From Octopus vulgaris (lineage: Eukaryota), in contig OX597833.1 of assembly GCA_951406725.2 (NCBI GenBank), positions 49,786,001 to 49,850,000 on the forward strand: a stretch of DNA of 64,000 nucleotides. Reading direction: 5' to 3'. The notes beneath the pieces are model-generated. The model was not told the DNA's origin, did no database searches, and saw nothing but the letters and a program-made list of their open reading frames with translations. Shown piece after piece: positions 1 through 12,897 of the stretch (its first letter is position 1; every line of letters starts with the position of its first letter). Both the position numbers and the translations under genes were made by a program.

Positions 1-85
1 GATGACAAAACATATCCAATGTTAACTATCTTTAATACGTTATAACATCTCGCACTTTTAACTACACTGCGAACACAAGCATGCA

Positions 86-179
<94 letters not shown>

Positions 180-199
180 GCTAGCTAGCTAGCTAGCTG

Positions 200-263
<64 letters not shown>

Positions 264-279
264 GCTAGCTAGCTAGCTG

Positions 280-352
<73 letters not shown>

Positions 353-432
353 GTCTATCTGCGTCTATGTCTATGTCTGTCTGTCTGTCTGTATGTATGT
401 ATGTATGTATGTATGTATGTATGTATGTATGT
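86..432. repeat. Compound microsatellite (ATCT)n/(CTAG)n/(GTCT)n/(ATGT)n
   Basis: Directly visible tetranucleotide runs. Confidence 0.95.
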
Positions 433-706
433 AGTTGTTGTTGTTAAGCAACAAGACGGGTAAGGGTGATTAGGTGATGGTCTAGCGCTTAGGGGCGGGA
501 GACACTAGACCCTAAAAAAAAAAAATTTTGGTCGTCTTGTTGTAGTCGAGGGCTCTTCGTTGACGCCTGACACCACTAGGAGGTGGCCCGCTGGAAATGG
601 AGATCTCCAGGTCCAAATTCTTGAACGTCTGTCTGCATGTATGTATGTATGTATGTATGTATGTATGTAGGCATGTATGTATGTATGTATATATGTTCGT
701 ATGTAT

Positions 707-846
707 TAAGTAGCTTGCTTACCAACCACATAGTTCCGGGTTCAGTCCCACTGCGTTGCACCTTGGGCAAGTGTCTTCTACTATAGCCTCTGACCCACCA
801 AAGCCTTGTGAGTGGATATGGTAGGCGGAAACTGAAAGAAGCACGT
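707..846 (+). mobile_element. SINE family A, 5' half
   Basis: AAGTAGCTTGCTTACCAACCAC..GGTTCAGTCCC (B-box-like)..CCTTGGGCAAGTGTCTT; matches the full copy at 30554-30955. Confidence 0.85.
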
Positions 847-928
847 AACGAACGTGTGCAGTGCAGAAACATATGTTGTGATGCACTGTTTAAGCCTATG
901 AGACTCTATCCGCAAGTTATGATTGCTA

Positions 929-949
929 ATATATATATATATGTGTGTG

Positions 950-1000
<51 letters not shown>

Positions 1001-1239
1001 AGATATATACACACACCCGCACACACACACATGTATTTATAGAAGAAGAAGAAGGATGAGGAGGAGAAGAAAAAGAAAAAGAAAGAAGAATAAGAAGACG
1101 AAGAAGAAGAAGAGGAAGAAGAAGAAGGAGAAGGAGAAGGAGGAGGAGGAGGAGAAGGATAAGAAAAAGAAAGAAGAAGAAGAAGAAGAAGAAGAAGAAG
1201 AAGAAGAAGAAGAAGAAGAAGAAGAAGAAGAAGAAGAAG

Positions 1240-1295
<56 letters not shown>

Positions 1296-1300
1296 GAAGA
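929..1300. repeat. Compound microsatellite (TA)n(GA)n(CA)n(GAA)n(CAA)n
   Basis: Visible runs; accounts for the poly-E/Q and poly-L/F ORFs. Confidence 0.95.
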
Positions 1301-2360
1301 CCATTAAGACTGCCGGTAGAACAACCAATCGCGTATGTTTTGTTAGACTATTCTTTGTTAACTTAACAACCTAACATTTTTTCATTAATTTTGCTAAATA
1401 TATTTGTTGAACAATAAGCAAGATATATAACAAACCAGTTTTGAATAGCAATTTATTTCTAAACTCCTGATTAAAAATTTTATCTTTCTACACATAAAAA
1501 CTACAAAGATATCATGGATGAAGGTTTCTATGAATTGTGCTTTCCCGTCATAATGATGTTGCATTGCCGTTAGTTTTGCCGATGAAGCTTCTTGTCTTTT
1601 CCGATTTAAAAACATCCTGTTAGACCGGGGACAAAGCATCTATCTATTTCACGATAGTAATGCTGTACACACCTGTTACTAATCCATCTAAAATTGTCAT
1701 CATTTACACGGACTGAATCTACAGGCATCTGTGTACTTCCTGTTAGCTATTGATATTTATGGCTACCATACACTGGAATGACGGTCAACATTGTTTACGT
1801 AGGTAAATATTCTGTAAAGTGATCTAGGTTATATTACAATTGATCTCTATCCAAGCGACATCTGGCTGTTTATAATAGCATTGTGTTAATTTCATCTTCA
1901 AACAAATCCATTATCTTCCTATTCTTTGTTCCTTGGTCGAAATGCCAGATAAGTTTTCACTCAAGTAAAGTAGTGTTCGGTCAATAAATACGATGTGTTT
2001 AACGCTCCAGCACAAGTCAAAATATATTGAAAAGCAGTCGAATCAGACCGAAGCGTATTCGCTACCAAAGATCAGATACGTCCTCTCCTTATATAAGTTT
2101 GCTCAATTTTCATTGCGATTTAAATTTCAAACTTTTCTCCTCAGCCTCCTAAAAATAGAAAAAGAAAGAAAAAAGAAACTACCATCAACATTAATAACTT
2201 TATTTTTCTTTATGAGTAGCGTAGCGTTATGGCCGAATCATTAGCACATCGGACAAAATGGCACGTAGCTTTTATTCCGGCTCTACATGTTTGGAGTTCA
2301 ACTCCTACCGAGGTTCATTTTTACCTTTCAGCCTTTCGGGGTCGATTAGTCAAGACACAT

Positions 2361-2722
2361 GAGTGACTGTGTGGTAAGTAGCTTGCTTACCAACCACATG
2401 GCTCCAGGTTCAGTCCCGCTACGTGGCACCTTGGGCAAGTGTCTTCTACTATAGCCTCGGGCCGACAAAAGCCTTGTGAGTGAATTTGTTAGACGGAAAC
2501 TGAAAGAAGCCCGTCGTATATATATATATGAGTGAGTGTGTGGTAAGTAGCGTGCGTGCCAACCACATGGCTCCGGGCTCAGTCCCACTGTGTGCACCTT
2601 GGGCAAGTGTCTTCTACTATAGCCTCGGGCCGACAAAAGTTTTGTGTGTGGATTTGGTAGACGGAAGCTGAAAGAAGGCCATCGTATATGTGTGTGTGTG
2701 CATGTGTGTGTGTGCGTGTATG

Positions 2723-2753
<31 letters not shown>

Positions 2754-2946
2754 TTGTTCCCTACCATCGCTTAACAACCGATGTTAGCGTGTTTACGTCA
2801 CCGTGACTTAGCGAGCGGTTCGGCAAAAGATACCGATAAAATAAGTTCTAGGCTTATAGGATAAATCCTGGTGTCGATTTGTTCGACCAAAGGTGGTGCT
2901 CCAGCATGGCCGCAGTCAAATAACTGAAACAAATAAAAGAATAAAA
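2361..2946 (+). mobile_element. SINE family A, full length with tandemly duplicated 5' half
   Basis: Head at ~2361 and again at ~2533, internal (TG)n, 3' region ending GACTGAAACAAATAAAAGAATAAAA-like. Confidence 0.85.
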
Positions 2947-2965
2947 TAATTCTGGAATCAATATA

Positions 2966-3196
2966 TATTTCTTTACTACCCACAAGGGGCTAAACATAGA
3001 GGGGACAAACAAGGACAGACATAGGTATTAAGTCGATTACATCGACCCATTGCGAAACTGGTACTTTATTTATCGACCCCGAAGGATGAAAGGCAAAGTC
3101 GACCTCGGCGGAATTTGAACTCAGAACGTAACGACAGACGAAATACCGCTAAGCATTTCGCCCGGTGCGTTAACGTTTCTGCCAGCTCGCCACCTC
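2966..3196 (-). mobile_element. SINE family B monomer (tail type 1)
   Basis: Reverse complement of GGCGAGCTGGCAGAAACGTTA..GAGTTCAAATTCC..GCCTTTCATCCTT.GGGGTCGATAAA..GTAAAGAAATA. Confidence 0.9.
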
Positions 3197-3478
3197 GAAT
3201 ATAATCAACATGTACCCCTCCCCACAAAAATGGCTGGCCTTGATTTCTGCTAAAGATCGGCGTCCCTTTCAGGAGGTAGGGCTGTGATCTCGGTGTCTAA
3301 TACGCCTCGGAAACGAAGTAACCAGCTTTTTGCGTCCTTGGGTTCAAGAGAAAAAGAAATCATTTGATTTTGCATTCTGTTTTTAGTTTACAACATTCAG
3401 CATCTTAGACTGCTCTTAACTGTGTATTTTTACATTAAGAAATCCCGCACGTCTTCGCTCTCGGTTATTTCTATTCGA

Positions 3479-3783
3479 GGCGAGCTGGCAGAAACGTTAG
3501 CACGCCGGGCGAAATGCGTAGCCGTAGCATTTCGTCTGTCGTTACGTTCTGAGTTCAAATTCCGCTAAGGACGACTTTGCCTTTCATCCTTTCGGTGTCG
3601 ATAAATTATGTACCAGTTACACGCTGGAGTCGATGTAATCGACTTAATCCGTTTGTCTATCCTGTGTGTCCCCTCTTGTCCCCTCTATGTTTAGCCCCTT
3701 GTGGGTAATAAAGAAATAGGTATTTCCTCTGCCGCCACGTTCTAAGTTCAAATTCCGCCGAGGTCGACTTTGTGTGTGAGAGA

Positions 3784-3860
<77 letters not shown>

Positions 3861-4081
3861 TACACATACACACATATATATATACACACATGCACACACA
3901 TATGTATTTATAGAAGAAGAAAAAGAAGGAGAAGGATGTGGAGGAGAAGAAGAAGAAGAAGAAGAAGGGGTCGATAAATAAAGTACCGGTTACGCACTGG
4001 GGTCGGTGTAATCGACTTAATCCGTTTGTCTGTCCTTGTTTGTCCTCTCTGTGTTTAGCCTCTTGTGGGTAGTAAAGAAAT
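3479..4081 (+). mobile_element. SINE family B dimer; second unit interrupted by a microsatellite cassette at 3773-3966
   Basis: Head GGCGAGCTGGCAG at 3479; unit junction AGAAATA|GGTATTTC near 3718. Confidence 0.85.
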
Positions 4082-4744
4082 GTATATTCTATTCGAATAA
4101 CGGAAGTGAGCAAGAAAAGGGGGGAAAAAAATAAAAAAATAACAGGACTAAAACATGAAAGTAAAACAAGACAAAAAAAAAAGAAAAGAGAAAAACAAAT
4201 CAAAAACAAAAAAAAAGTAAGAGCTTATGTGTGTGTGTGTGTGTGTTGTGTGTATGTAAAGCTAAATTGAGTTATCTGTACAACCCAATCAGTAAGTCAG
4301 ATTATGGCAAACTGGCGAAAAGAAGTCGTTGAGTCTCAGCATGGGTTTGAGCGGGTGAACTTTGATGACCTCTTCTGTTGACGTTGTTAATGAGGAGAGG
4401 ATGAGAGACGCGTTTGAAGTGTCCCGCTGTGCCAATTATTCAAGTCATCAGTTTTGAACACTGAATGTGCTACGACACAGCTGGATGAACGAAGGTAGTG
4501 TTACTTTTGTACGGTGGTTCCTTTTTTTCTTCTGGAAGTAAGAAACCTACGCCGAGTCAGTCGTATTTACATCGTATGGTGGTGGTTCTGTGTGAGCCAG
4601 CTGACGGTTTGTCAAATCTAGTGTTCTACTTAATATTTTTTCTATTGAATTTTTCTATGCAGCTGGGAAAGGAGGATACATTGACTTGCTGAAAATTAAA
4701 AATAATGACGTGAAGATCTTTCCCTGAAAACTGAATCTGGTAAT

Positions 4745-5280
4745 GTGGTGGTGGTGGTGGTGGTGGTGGTGGTGGTGGTGGTAGTGGTGGTGATGGTGGT
4801 GGTGGTGGTGGTATTGGTGGTAGTGGTGGTGGTGGTGGTGGTAGTGGTGGTGGTGGTAGTGGTGATGGTGGTAGTGGTGGTGGTAGTAGTGGTAGTGGTA
4901 GTGGTGGTGGTGGTGGTAGTGGTGGTGGTGGTGGTGGTGGTGGTGGTAGTGGTGGTGGTGGTGGTGGTAGTGTGTAGTGGTGGTGGTGGTGGTGGTGGTG
5001 GTGGTGTGGTAGTGGTGGTGGTAGTGGTGGTAGTGGTGGTGGTGGTAGTGGTGGTGGTGGTGGTGGTGGTGGTGGTGGTGGTGGTGGTGGTAGTAGTGGT
5101 GGTGATGGTAGTGGTGGTGGTGGTACTGGTGGTGGTGGTGGTGGTGGTGATGGTGGTGGTGGTAGTGGTGGTGACGGTAGTGGTGGTGGTGGTGGTGGTG
5201 GTGGTAGTGGTGGTAGTAGTGGTGGTGATGGTGGTGGTGGTGGTGGTGGTGATGGTGGTGGTGGTGGTTGCTGGTGGTGA
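4745..5280. repeat. (GGT/AGT)n trinucleotide array
   Basis: Visible; gives the poly-V and poly-H ORFs. Confidence 0.95.
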
Positions 5281-5445
5281 AGCTAGTTATGACTTTGGTA
5301 GTGCGGATGATGATAGTAACGGCGGTGGTAGTGTTAGTGGAAAAAGTACAACGCCTATATAAGTATAAGTGCATATGTATGCATGGATGGGTTTTACACA
5401 CGCACACACACACAGACATATACACAAACGCATACACACACACAC

Positions 5446-5494
<49 letters not shown>

Positions 5495-5498
<4 letters not shown>

Positions 5499-5652
5499 CG
5501 ACGGGCTTCTTTCAGTTTCCGTCTACCAAATCCACTCACAAGGCTTTGGTCGGCCCGAAGCTATAGTAGAAGACATTTGCCCAAGGTGCCGCGCAGTGTG
5601 ACAGAACCCGGAACCATGTGGTTGGTAAGTAAGCTACTTACCACGCAGCCAC
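5495..5652 (-). mobile_element. SINE family A 5' half ending in (TA)n/(TG)n
   Basis: Reverse complement of the family A head. Confidence 0.85.
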
Positions 5653-6041
5653 TTTTATTTAAGTTTCAATAAAAATTAAATGGAAAACAAACATAAGAAT
5701 GCGGGTCACATCCTGGTGATGACAACACCGGGCTAGTCGTATCTTGTCATCATTAGTATGGATGAACCAATACCATGGTAATTGCCTCTATGGAACTGGT
5801 ATAAAATGCAATAGTTATATGAGTGGCTTACAAGATAAGCTAAACACACTCTTATCAGTCTGTCCGATTCAATGAAATATATCGATATTTAATGACTAAT
5901 TTTCTTTTGTTCGACTCATCACGGTGAGATTAAATGTTTTACAGCGATTTATGAGAAATTGTTTCTTTTGTTTCATTAAACAGCCTAATTAGTTAAATTA
6001 TTGCTGTCTCTCTGTTTGTTTGTCTATCTGTCTGTCTGTCC

Positions 6042-6135
<94 letters not shown>

Positions 6136-6237
6136 TATCTATCAATCTGACAACATACACACACGCACATATCTATTTCCTTCTCTCTGAGCGAGTGTGT
6201 GTGTGTGAGTATATATTTTATATATATATATATATAT

Positions 6238-6616
6238 CATCACAATCAAGGAACGGCCATAATAGGCCATTCACCCACTAGAAATAACAGCCAAAGCTTC
6301 AACCGCAAAATAACATTAAAACCGCAAATCAGGAGAAAATTAAAAAAAAAACAAAAACATTTACCCTGTAATTTCTTATACGATGCACCGTTTCATCTAC
6401 TGTTTAATGGTAAACTAACCTGATTAAATTTAATCAGGTTAGTTTACCATTAAACAGTAGATGAAACGGTGCATCGTATAAGAAATTACAGGGTAAATGG
6501 TTTTTTTTTTTAATTTTCTCCTGATTTGCGGTTTTAATGTTATTTTGCGGTTGAAGCTTTGGCTGTTATTTCTAGTGGGTGAATGGCCTATTATGGCCGT
6601 TCCTTGATTGTGATGT
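6238..6616. repeat. Near-perfect spacerless palindrome (~190-bp arms) inside (TA)n
   Basis: Centre TGATTAAA|TTTAATCA at 6428/6429; arms are reverse complements except in the A/T run. Confidence 0.95.
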
Positions 6617-6620
6617 GATG

Positions 6621-6679
<59 letters not shown>

Positions 6680-6682
<3 letters not shown>

Positions 6683-7121
6683 GTAAACGTTAAAAAAACA
6701 CAAACTAGGACAAGAACGTGAAACATTTTGAAGACGGCAAAAAAAACACACAGACGGGACTTTCGAAGCTCTCAGTCATCAGTTAAGAACCAGATCATCT
6801 TCGCAATTTCGGCTGATTAATCTTGAGATTGCTCCAATCTGGGCAGCCCGCCAAGGGAAATCTAAGCCAATCGCATTAGATTCCTTGGAAGAAAACCTCG
6901 AAAGTATACAACACGGTGACGGAAAAACGGACGAGGTTACTCGAAAAAAAAATTCAAAAATACGTAAAAACAATAAAGATAGCACGGATAAAAATACAAA
7001 ATAACGTAAAAACAATCATAACAAAACCAGGACGTCAGGACAAGCGTCTTTCGACAGGACGAGTTGAGTATAGGGCTGGCTGTGGTAAAAATGCCTGAAG
7101 GCAAACGGAGCACAAACACAT

Positions 7122-7125
<4 letters not shown>
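6680..7125 (-). mobile_element. Putative Penelope-like pLTR fragment between (TA)n arrays
   Basis: Minus strand reads CAGCCGAAATTGCGAAGATGATCTGG..AACTGATGACTGAGAGCTTCGAAAGTCCCGTC (hammerhead-like core); homologous to 7203-7365. Confidence 0.45.
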
Positions 7126-7202
<77 letters not shown>

Positions 7203-7204
<2 letters not shown>

Positions 7205-7365
7205 CAGCCGAAATTGCAAAGATAATCTGGAACCCGACTGAGGAAAGAAAACTCCGAATGACCCATTCATGTTTTCTTTGCATCGTCTGTCTAGATGTTT
7301 TGTTCTCCCTTTTTGTATCATGTAACAATGTGGATCTTTTGGTTCCTTGTCCCGTTCTTGTATTT
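7203..7365 (+). mobile_element. Putative Penelope-like pLTR fragment between (TA)n arrays (same family as 6680-7125)
   Basis: CAGCCGAAATTGCAAAGATAATCTGG..GACTGAGGAAAGAAAACTCCGAATG; degenerate CTGANGA..GAA core. Confidence 0.4.
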
Positions 7366-7388
7366 TATATATATATATATAAACATAC

Positions 7389-7447
<59 letters not shown>

Positions 7448-7454
7448 TATTTAT

Positions 7455-7671
7455 TTATGTCTTTGTGTCTGTGTTTGTTACCCCGCCATCAATTGACAGC
7501 CAATGCTGGTGTATTTACATTCCCATAGCTTCACAGTCCGGCAAAAGGAACAAGTAGAATAAGTACTAGTCTTACATAGAATAAGTCCAGGGGGCAATTT
7601 ATTCAACTAAAAGAATCTTTAAGGCGATGCTCCAGTATGGCAGCAGTCAAATGAATGAAACAAATAAAAGA

Positions 7672-7678
<7 letters not shown>
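7455..7678 (+). mobile_element. SINE family A 3' half
   Basis: Matches the 3' region of 30554-30955. Confidence 0.75.
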
Positions 7679-7724
<46 letters not shown>

Positions 7725-7727
<3 letters not shown>

Positions 7728-7941
7728 TCTTTTATTTGTTTCAGTCATTTGACAAGCCATTCTGGAGCACAGCCTTTAGTCGACTAAATCGACACCAAGA
7801 CTTATTCTTTGTAAGCATAGTATTTATTCTATCGGTCTCTTTTGCCGAACCGCTAAATTACGGGGACGTAAGCACACCAGCATCGGTTGTCAAGCGATGT
7901 TGGATGGGGGGGGACAGACACGCAAACATATACATACATAC

Positions 7942-7991
<50 letters not shown>

Positions 7992-8101
7992 TTATATATA
8001 TATATATTTATATATACATATATACATATATATATATATGCATGTATATATATATACATATATATATACTGTATATATATATATGCATATATATATATTA
8101 A

Positions 8102-8155
<54 letters not shown>

Positions 8156-8352
8156 TTATATATACATACACATATATATACATACATACATACGACGGGC
8201 TTCTTTCAGTTTCCGTCTACTAAATCCACTCACAAGGCTTTGTTCGCCCCGAGGCTATAGTAGAATACATCCGTCCAGGGTGCCACGCAGTGGGACTGAA
8301 CCCAGAACCATATGGTTGGTAAACAAGCTATTTACGACACAGCCACTCCTGC
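7725..8352 (-). mobile_element. SINE family A, full length, internal microsatellite expanded to ~270 bp
   Basis: 3' half 7725-7925, TA-rich array, 5' half 8190-8352. Confidence 0.85.
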
Positions 8353-9264
8353 GATATATATATGTGTGTCTGTATGTGTTTGTGTCTGTGTGTGTATAAC
8401 TACATTTATTATTTTCCATCGTTTTGTGTTCATATCCTCAAAATTGATATAAGTAGAATATATATACACACACGCGGACACATACAAAGAGCTACACGCG
8501 CATACGTACAAACAAATACACGCATCACACGAACAAACACACAGATGCTCACCCGCACACACACTCACACATATATTTAGCTATTTTTTCCTCGATATAT
8601 ATACAGAACCACATTAGTACATTCTTCGTTGTTTTGTCTCCTTACACTCAACATTGATACAACCTCTATCAGCACGCAAACAGACACCAACCTATCAATA
8701 TTCCAGTTAGCCATAGAATTTATATATAAATGATACATTTATAAGTGACAACATTAAATTTAGTGCTGACACCAGCGAATTTTAAATTATATCTTGCACC
8801 TGCTGCACTTAAAGCGACAGCAGAATCCAGTAACATTGGCAACACAAACAGTATTGGATAGAGCTGTTGTGCCATTATTAATAACTAGTCCTAATTGAAC
8901 TGACAATCAATTACTATCATCATCATCATCATCATCGTCGTCGACATCATCATCGCTATTAGCATTATCATATTAACACACGCAAACCACACATTTCGTT
9001 GGTATTAACCCTTCTGTCATCAATAACGAATATAATTTTCGCAATGGATACGACCACAAGTCTAAGAATACCTGTGCGGTTTAGAAGAGTTTTCACTCGA
9101 TCAGATAATGGCAAGTTCGATCCTATTGCACCAGCATCTTGGATTAATCTTTGTATGTGGAATTCTCTCGGCCGAAATTGAGTAAAATTCGCCCCTCTAT
9201 CTCTTCCCCTTCTCCCTCTCTGTTTTTCTTTCACTCTATTTTGTACCTACACTCACTCCCTTCC

Positions 9265-9313
<49 letters not shown>

Positions 9314-9321
9314 TATCCATC

Positions 9322-9733
9322 TTATTTCTTTATTGCCTACAAGGAGCTAAACATACAGGGGACAAACAAGGATAGACAAAGGGATTAAGTCAATTACATA
9401 GATCCCAGTGCTTAACTTAATTTATCAACCCCGAAAGGATAAAAGGCAAAGTCGACCTCGGCGGAATTTGAACTCAGAACGTAGCGGCAGACGAAATACC
9501 CATTTCTTTACTACCCACAAGGGGCTAAACACAGAGAGGACAAACAAGGACAGACAAACGGATTAAGTCGATTATATCAACCCCAGTGCGTAACTGGTAC
9601 TTATTTAATCGACTCCGAAAGGATGAAAGGCAAAGTCGTCCTCGGCGGAATTTGAACTCAGAACGTAGCGGCAGACGAAATACCGCTAAGTATTTTGCCC
9701 GGCGTGCTAACGTTTCTGCCAGCTCGTCGCCTT
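9322..9733 (-). mobile_element. SINE family B dimer
   Basis: Two tail-1 units, one head; junction GAAATACC|CATTTC near 9500. Confidence 0.9.
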
Positions 9734-10078
9734 ATCTTATCTATCTATCAATCTCTCTTTACCACCAGCGCCTGTTGATGTCTCAGAGTGTCACACTGTT
9801 CACACTTTCCCGATACCTCTCTCTGTTAGGTTGCATATATTTTTCTAATTTCTATCTATGCATGTTTGTTCCCACCTTAAATCAAAAGACATGTTTGCTT
9901 ATTTTCCAGATGAAGGATACCAACTTTTTTTATGCCGAAATCCTAGGTATTCTGGTCTACAAGTTGGCTAATGAAATGGGTTCATCCTCGTTTATAATTT
10001 GTTCTTTCAGTTGTTCCGTCTTTCGGCATTAGTTTGAATTTTCATTACTAGTGTACACAATTATGTTTTTCATTGCGA

Positions 10079-10124
<46 letters not shown>

Positions 10125-10557
10125 ATGCGTGTGTGTGTACATATATATATAAATATTTGTGTGTGCGTGTATGTGTGTGTGTGTAGGGAAAAATCTTCTG
10201 TTAGACGTACTGTATTGAATATCCTACTCTGTTGTAGGATAATCATTCTTGTCCATATTATCGTAGGAGTTCTTTGCAGTTTACTTGGAGCAGTAAAGTG
10301 TCTTAATCCATTATCAACGTTTCTAGAACTTCACAGTCTCATTGTCAAGGTGAAGAGGTGTTGACTTGCATTGCTGCCTTTTTGTAAAAGGCAGGCCCCA
10401 AAAAGTGTAACTGTTGCCATTGGAATTTGAATTTCGCCAGTTAGATTTATACCTCAGCTGTCAGATTTTGAATTTTATTTGTGGCTTGTAATTGTTTACT
10501 CTGTGTGTATGTGTGTATGTATGTATGTATGTATGTATGTATGTATGTATGTATGTA

Positions 10558-10626
<69 letters not shown>

Positions 10627-11084
10627 CAGCCTTTCTGCTGTGCTATGAGTTTTGTTTCCATTACTAACAATCCAGTCATTAAAATTATGGTTTCTACTTT
10701 AAGTCCTACATTTGCTGTATTCTGCATAGCTATGGTGGCAGAGAGTGGTACCAAGAAATAATATGGGTGCCATACATTAAGTTTATTGACCACGTAATCG
10801 TTGTAATGACATGTCAGAAAGATGAAAATCTTATAAAACAAATACGTAGAAATTCTGCATGAAGAACGACACCAATAGTCTTACAGTACTTCATGGCACG
10901 AAACACACAAACAAATACATATATTTTCTTGAAATTAGCGAATATCTACACAGCTACAAAACGTCATTAAAATCCTCACTCAGGATTGCATTTAGATTTT
11001 CTTTCATAAACGAAGCACTGGATTAAAGAAAAAAAAATAAAGAAACCTTGATGGATTAAAACACTAATCAAGAACGGGTATTCT

Positions 11085-11669
11085 TATTTCCTTCTACTCT
11101 AGGCACAAGACCCGAAATTTTGGGGGAGGGGGCCAGTGAACGAGACCGACCCCTGTACACAATGAAAGGATGAAAGGCAAAGTCGACCTCGGCGGAATTT
11201 GAACTCAGAACGTAATGGCAGACGAAAAACCTATTTCTTTACTACCCAGAAGGGGCTAAACACAGAGAGGACAAACAAAGACAGACAAATAGATTAAGTC
11301 GATTATATCGACCCCAGTGCGTAACTGGTACTTATTTAATCGACCCCGAAAGGATAAAAGGCAAAGTCGACCTCGGTGGAATTTGAACTCACAACGTAAC
11401 GGTAGACGAAATACCGCTTAGCATTTCGCCCGGCACGCTAACGTTTCTTATTTCTTTATTGCCCACAATGGGCTACACACAGAGGGGACAAACAAGGACA
11501 GACAAACGGATTAAGTCGATTATATCGACCCCAGTGCGTAACTGGTATTTATTTAGTCGACCCCGAAGGATAAAAGGCAAAGTCAACCTCGGCGGAATTT
11601 GAACTCAGCACGTAACGGCGACAGACGAAATAAGCATTTCGCCCGGCGTACTAACGTTTCTGCCGCCTT
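11085..11669 (-). mobile_element. SINE family B trimeric compound (one tail-2 unit, two tail-1 units)
   Basis: Flanked by direct repeat AACGGGTATTCT (11073-11084 / 11673-11684). Confidence 0.85.
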
Positions 11670-12144
11670 AACAACGGGTATTCTAACAAAATAATAGAAT
11701 AAACCATAGAATAATACAACCACAAATACAATGCAACGAATACATCAGGCATCATACCTATTAAGACTACACAAATCGCGCGTAAAGTGTATTATAGCAA
11801 TTAAATGGATATTACGATGGAACTGATGGATGCATTTTAAAAAGCTCGTAAAACAGAAGTCAAACTGCATTAGCCAATCATAAACTTACGCTACAAAAAA
11901 AAATACATTAAGTTAAAACCTTTTTTTATATCAAAAACTTACCACAAACGTGTAAAGCCGCGAGCAAGCTGTTAATGACCAATGTGATTCATAAAGTCGA
12001 TTACAAAACATAATAGTTGTAAACTTCACGACAATAATTTTTATATTGACCATACATGTATAACATTTTCTCATCAGTTTTCTGTTCAAAGAGTAATAAC
12101 AATGTACCATATGAAGCAAAACAAAGCAAAACTTTATAGAAAAA

Positions 12145-12536
12145 CTAGCAGTATCCCCCGGCGTTGCTAGGGTTTGTTTCGACCCTTTAGAATTGGAAAT
12201 TTTGAAAAGTAAAAATTTTGCATTATGTAGCTTGTTATTCTCTTTAAGTGAACATTTTTCTGGTTGAAATACACCGAAAATTGGCGACACAGCAGTCAAA
12301 TAATCGTAAAAAATAGGGATTTTCATAGAAAAAAAAGCACCTTTTGATATAAATAATCTTTTGGTGTTAACATGGTCCGATTTGAAATTTTTCTTCTACG
12401 GAATGAAAGAGCAAGCCTTCTTCTATCATACTCTCAATTCTGGTCAACTTGCGCTGCAGGGTTCCGGAGGAGATAGTGTTAGTTGAAGGCTACCAAACCT
12501 GCCACACGTAGACAACTTCAGCTTTATATGTATAGA
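12145..12536 (-). mobile_element. Non-autonomous Helitron
   Basis: Minus strand starts TCTATACATATAAAG and ends with GC-rich hairpin-like CCCTAGCAACGCCGGG followed by CTAG; inserted at A|T with no TSD. Confidence 0.8.
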
Positions 12537-12897
12537 TTGTTTAGCGAAGAGTACATCTATACTTTACAGAATTCTTCCATAGAAATACATCACAATGCTT
12601 AAATGAATCAAAATAATATTTGCATCATGGTATAGAAATCTGATGGTCAAAACTAATTAGCGCAACAATCACAGGCCTTTGACTATTAGCAACACGTGCC
12701 AAAATCTCTTTATAGTAGAGCTGAGACTGTGAAGGGTTTGAAATTTTGATCATAAGATTAGGAAAGTTTCTGTTTTAAATAAACTGCAACAAAGGTTTTA
12801 AACATATATGCATACATACATACGAGATGGACTTACGAAGTTTTTAGATGTTTTTTCTCTTATAACTGTCCTAGATGATTATCGTTTTAGTTATTCT

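Noticed and set aside
8968-9234. Complex-sequence ORFs on both strands
   Set aside because: No recognisable motif or convincing splice signals; a small exon cannot be excluded without RNA data
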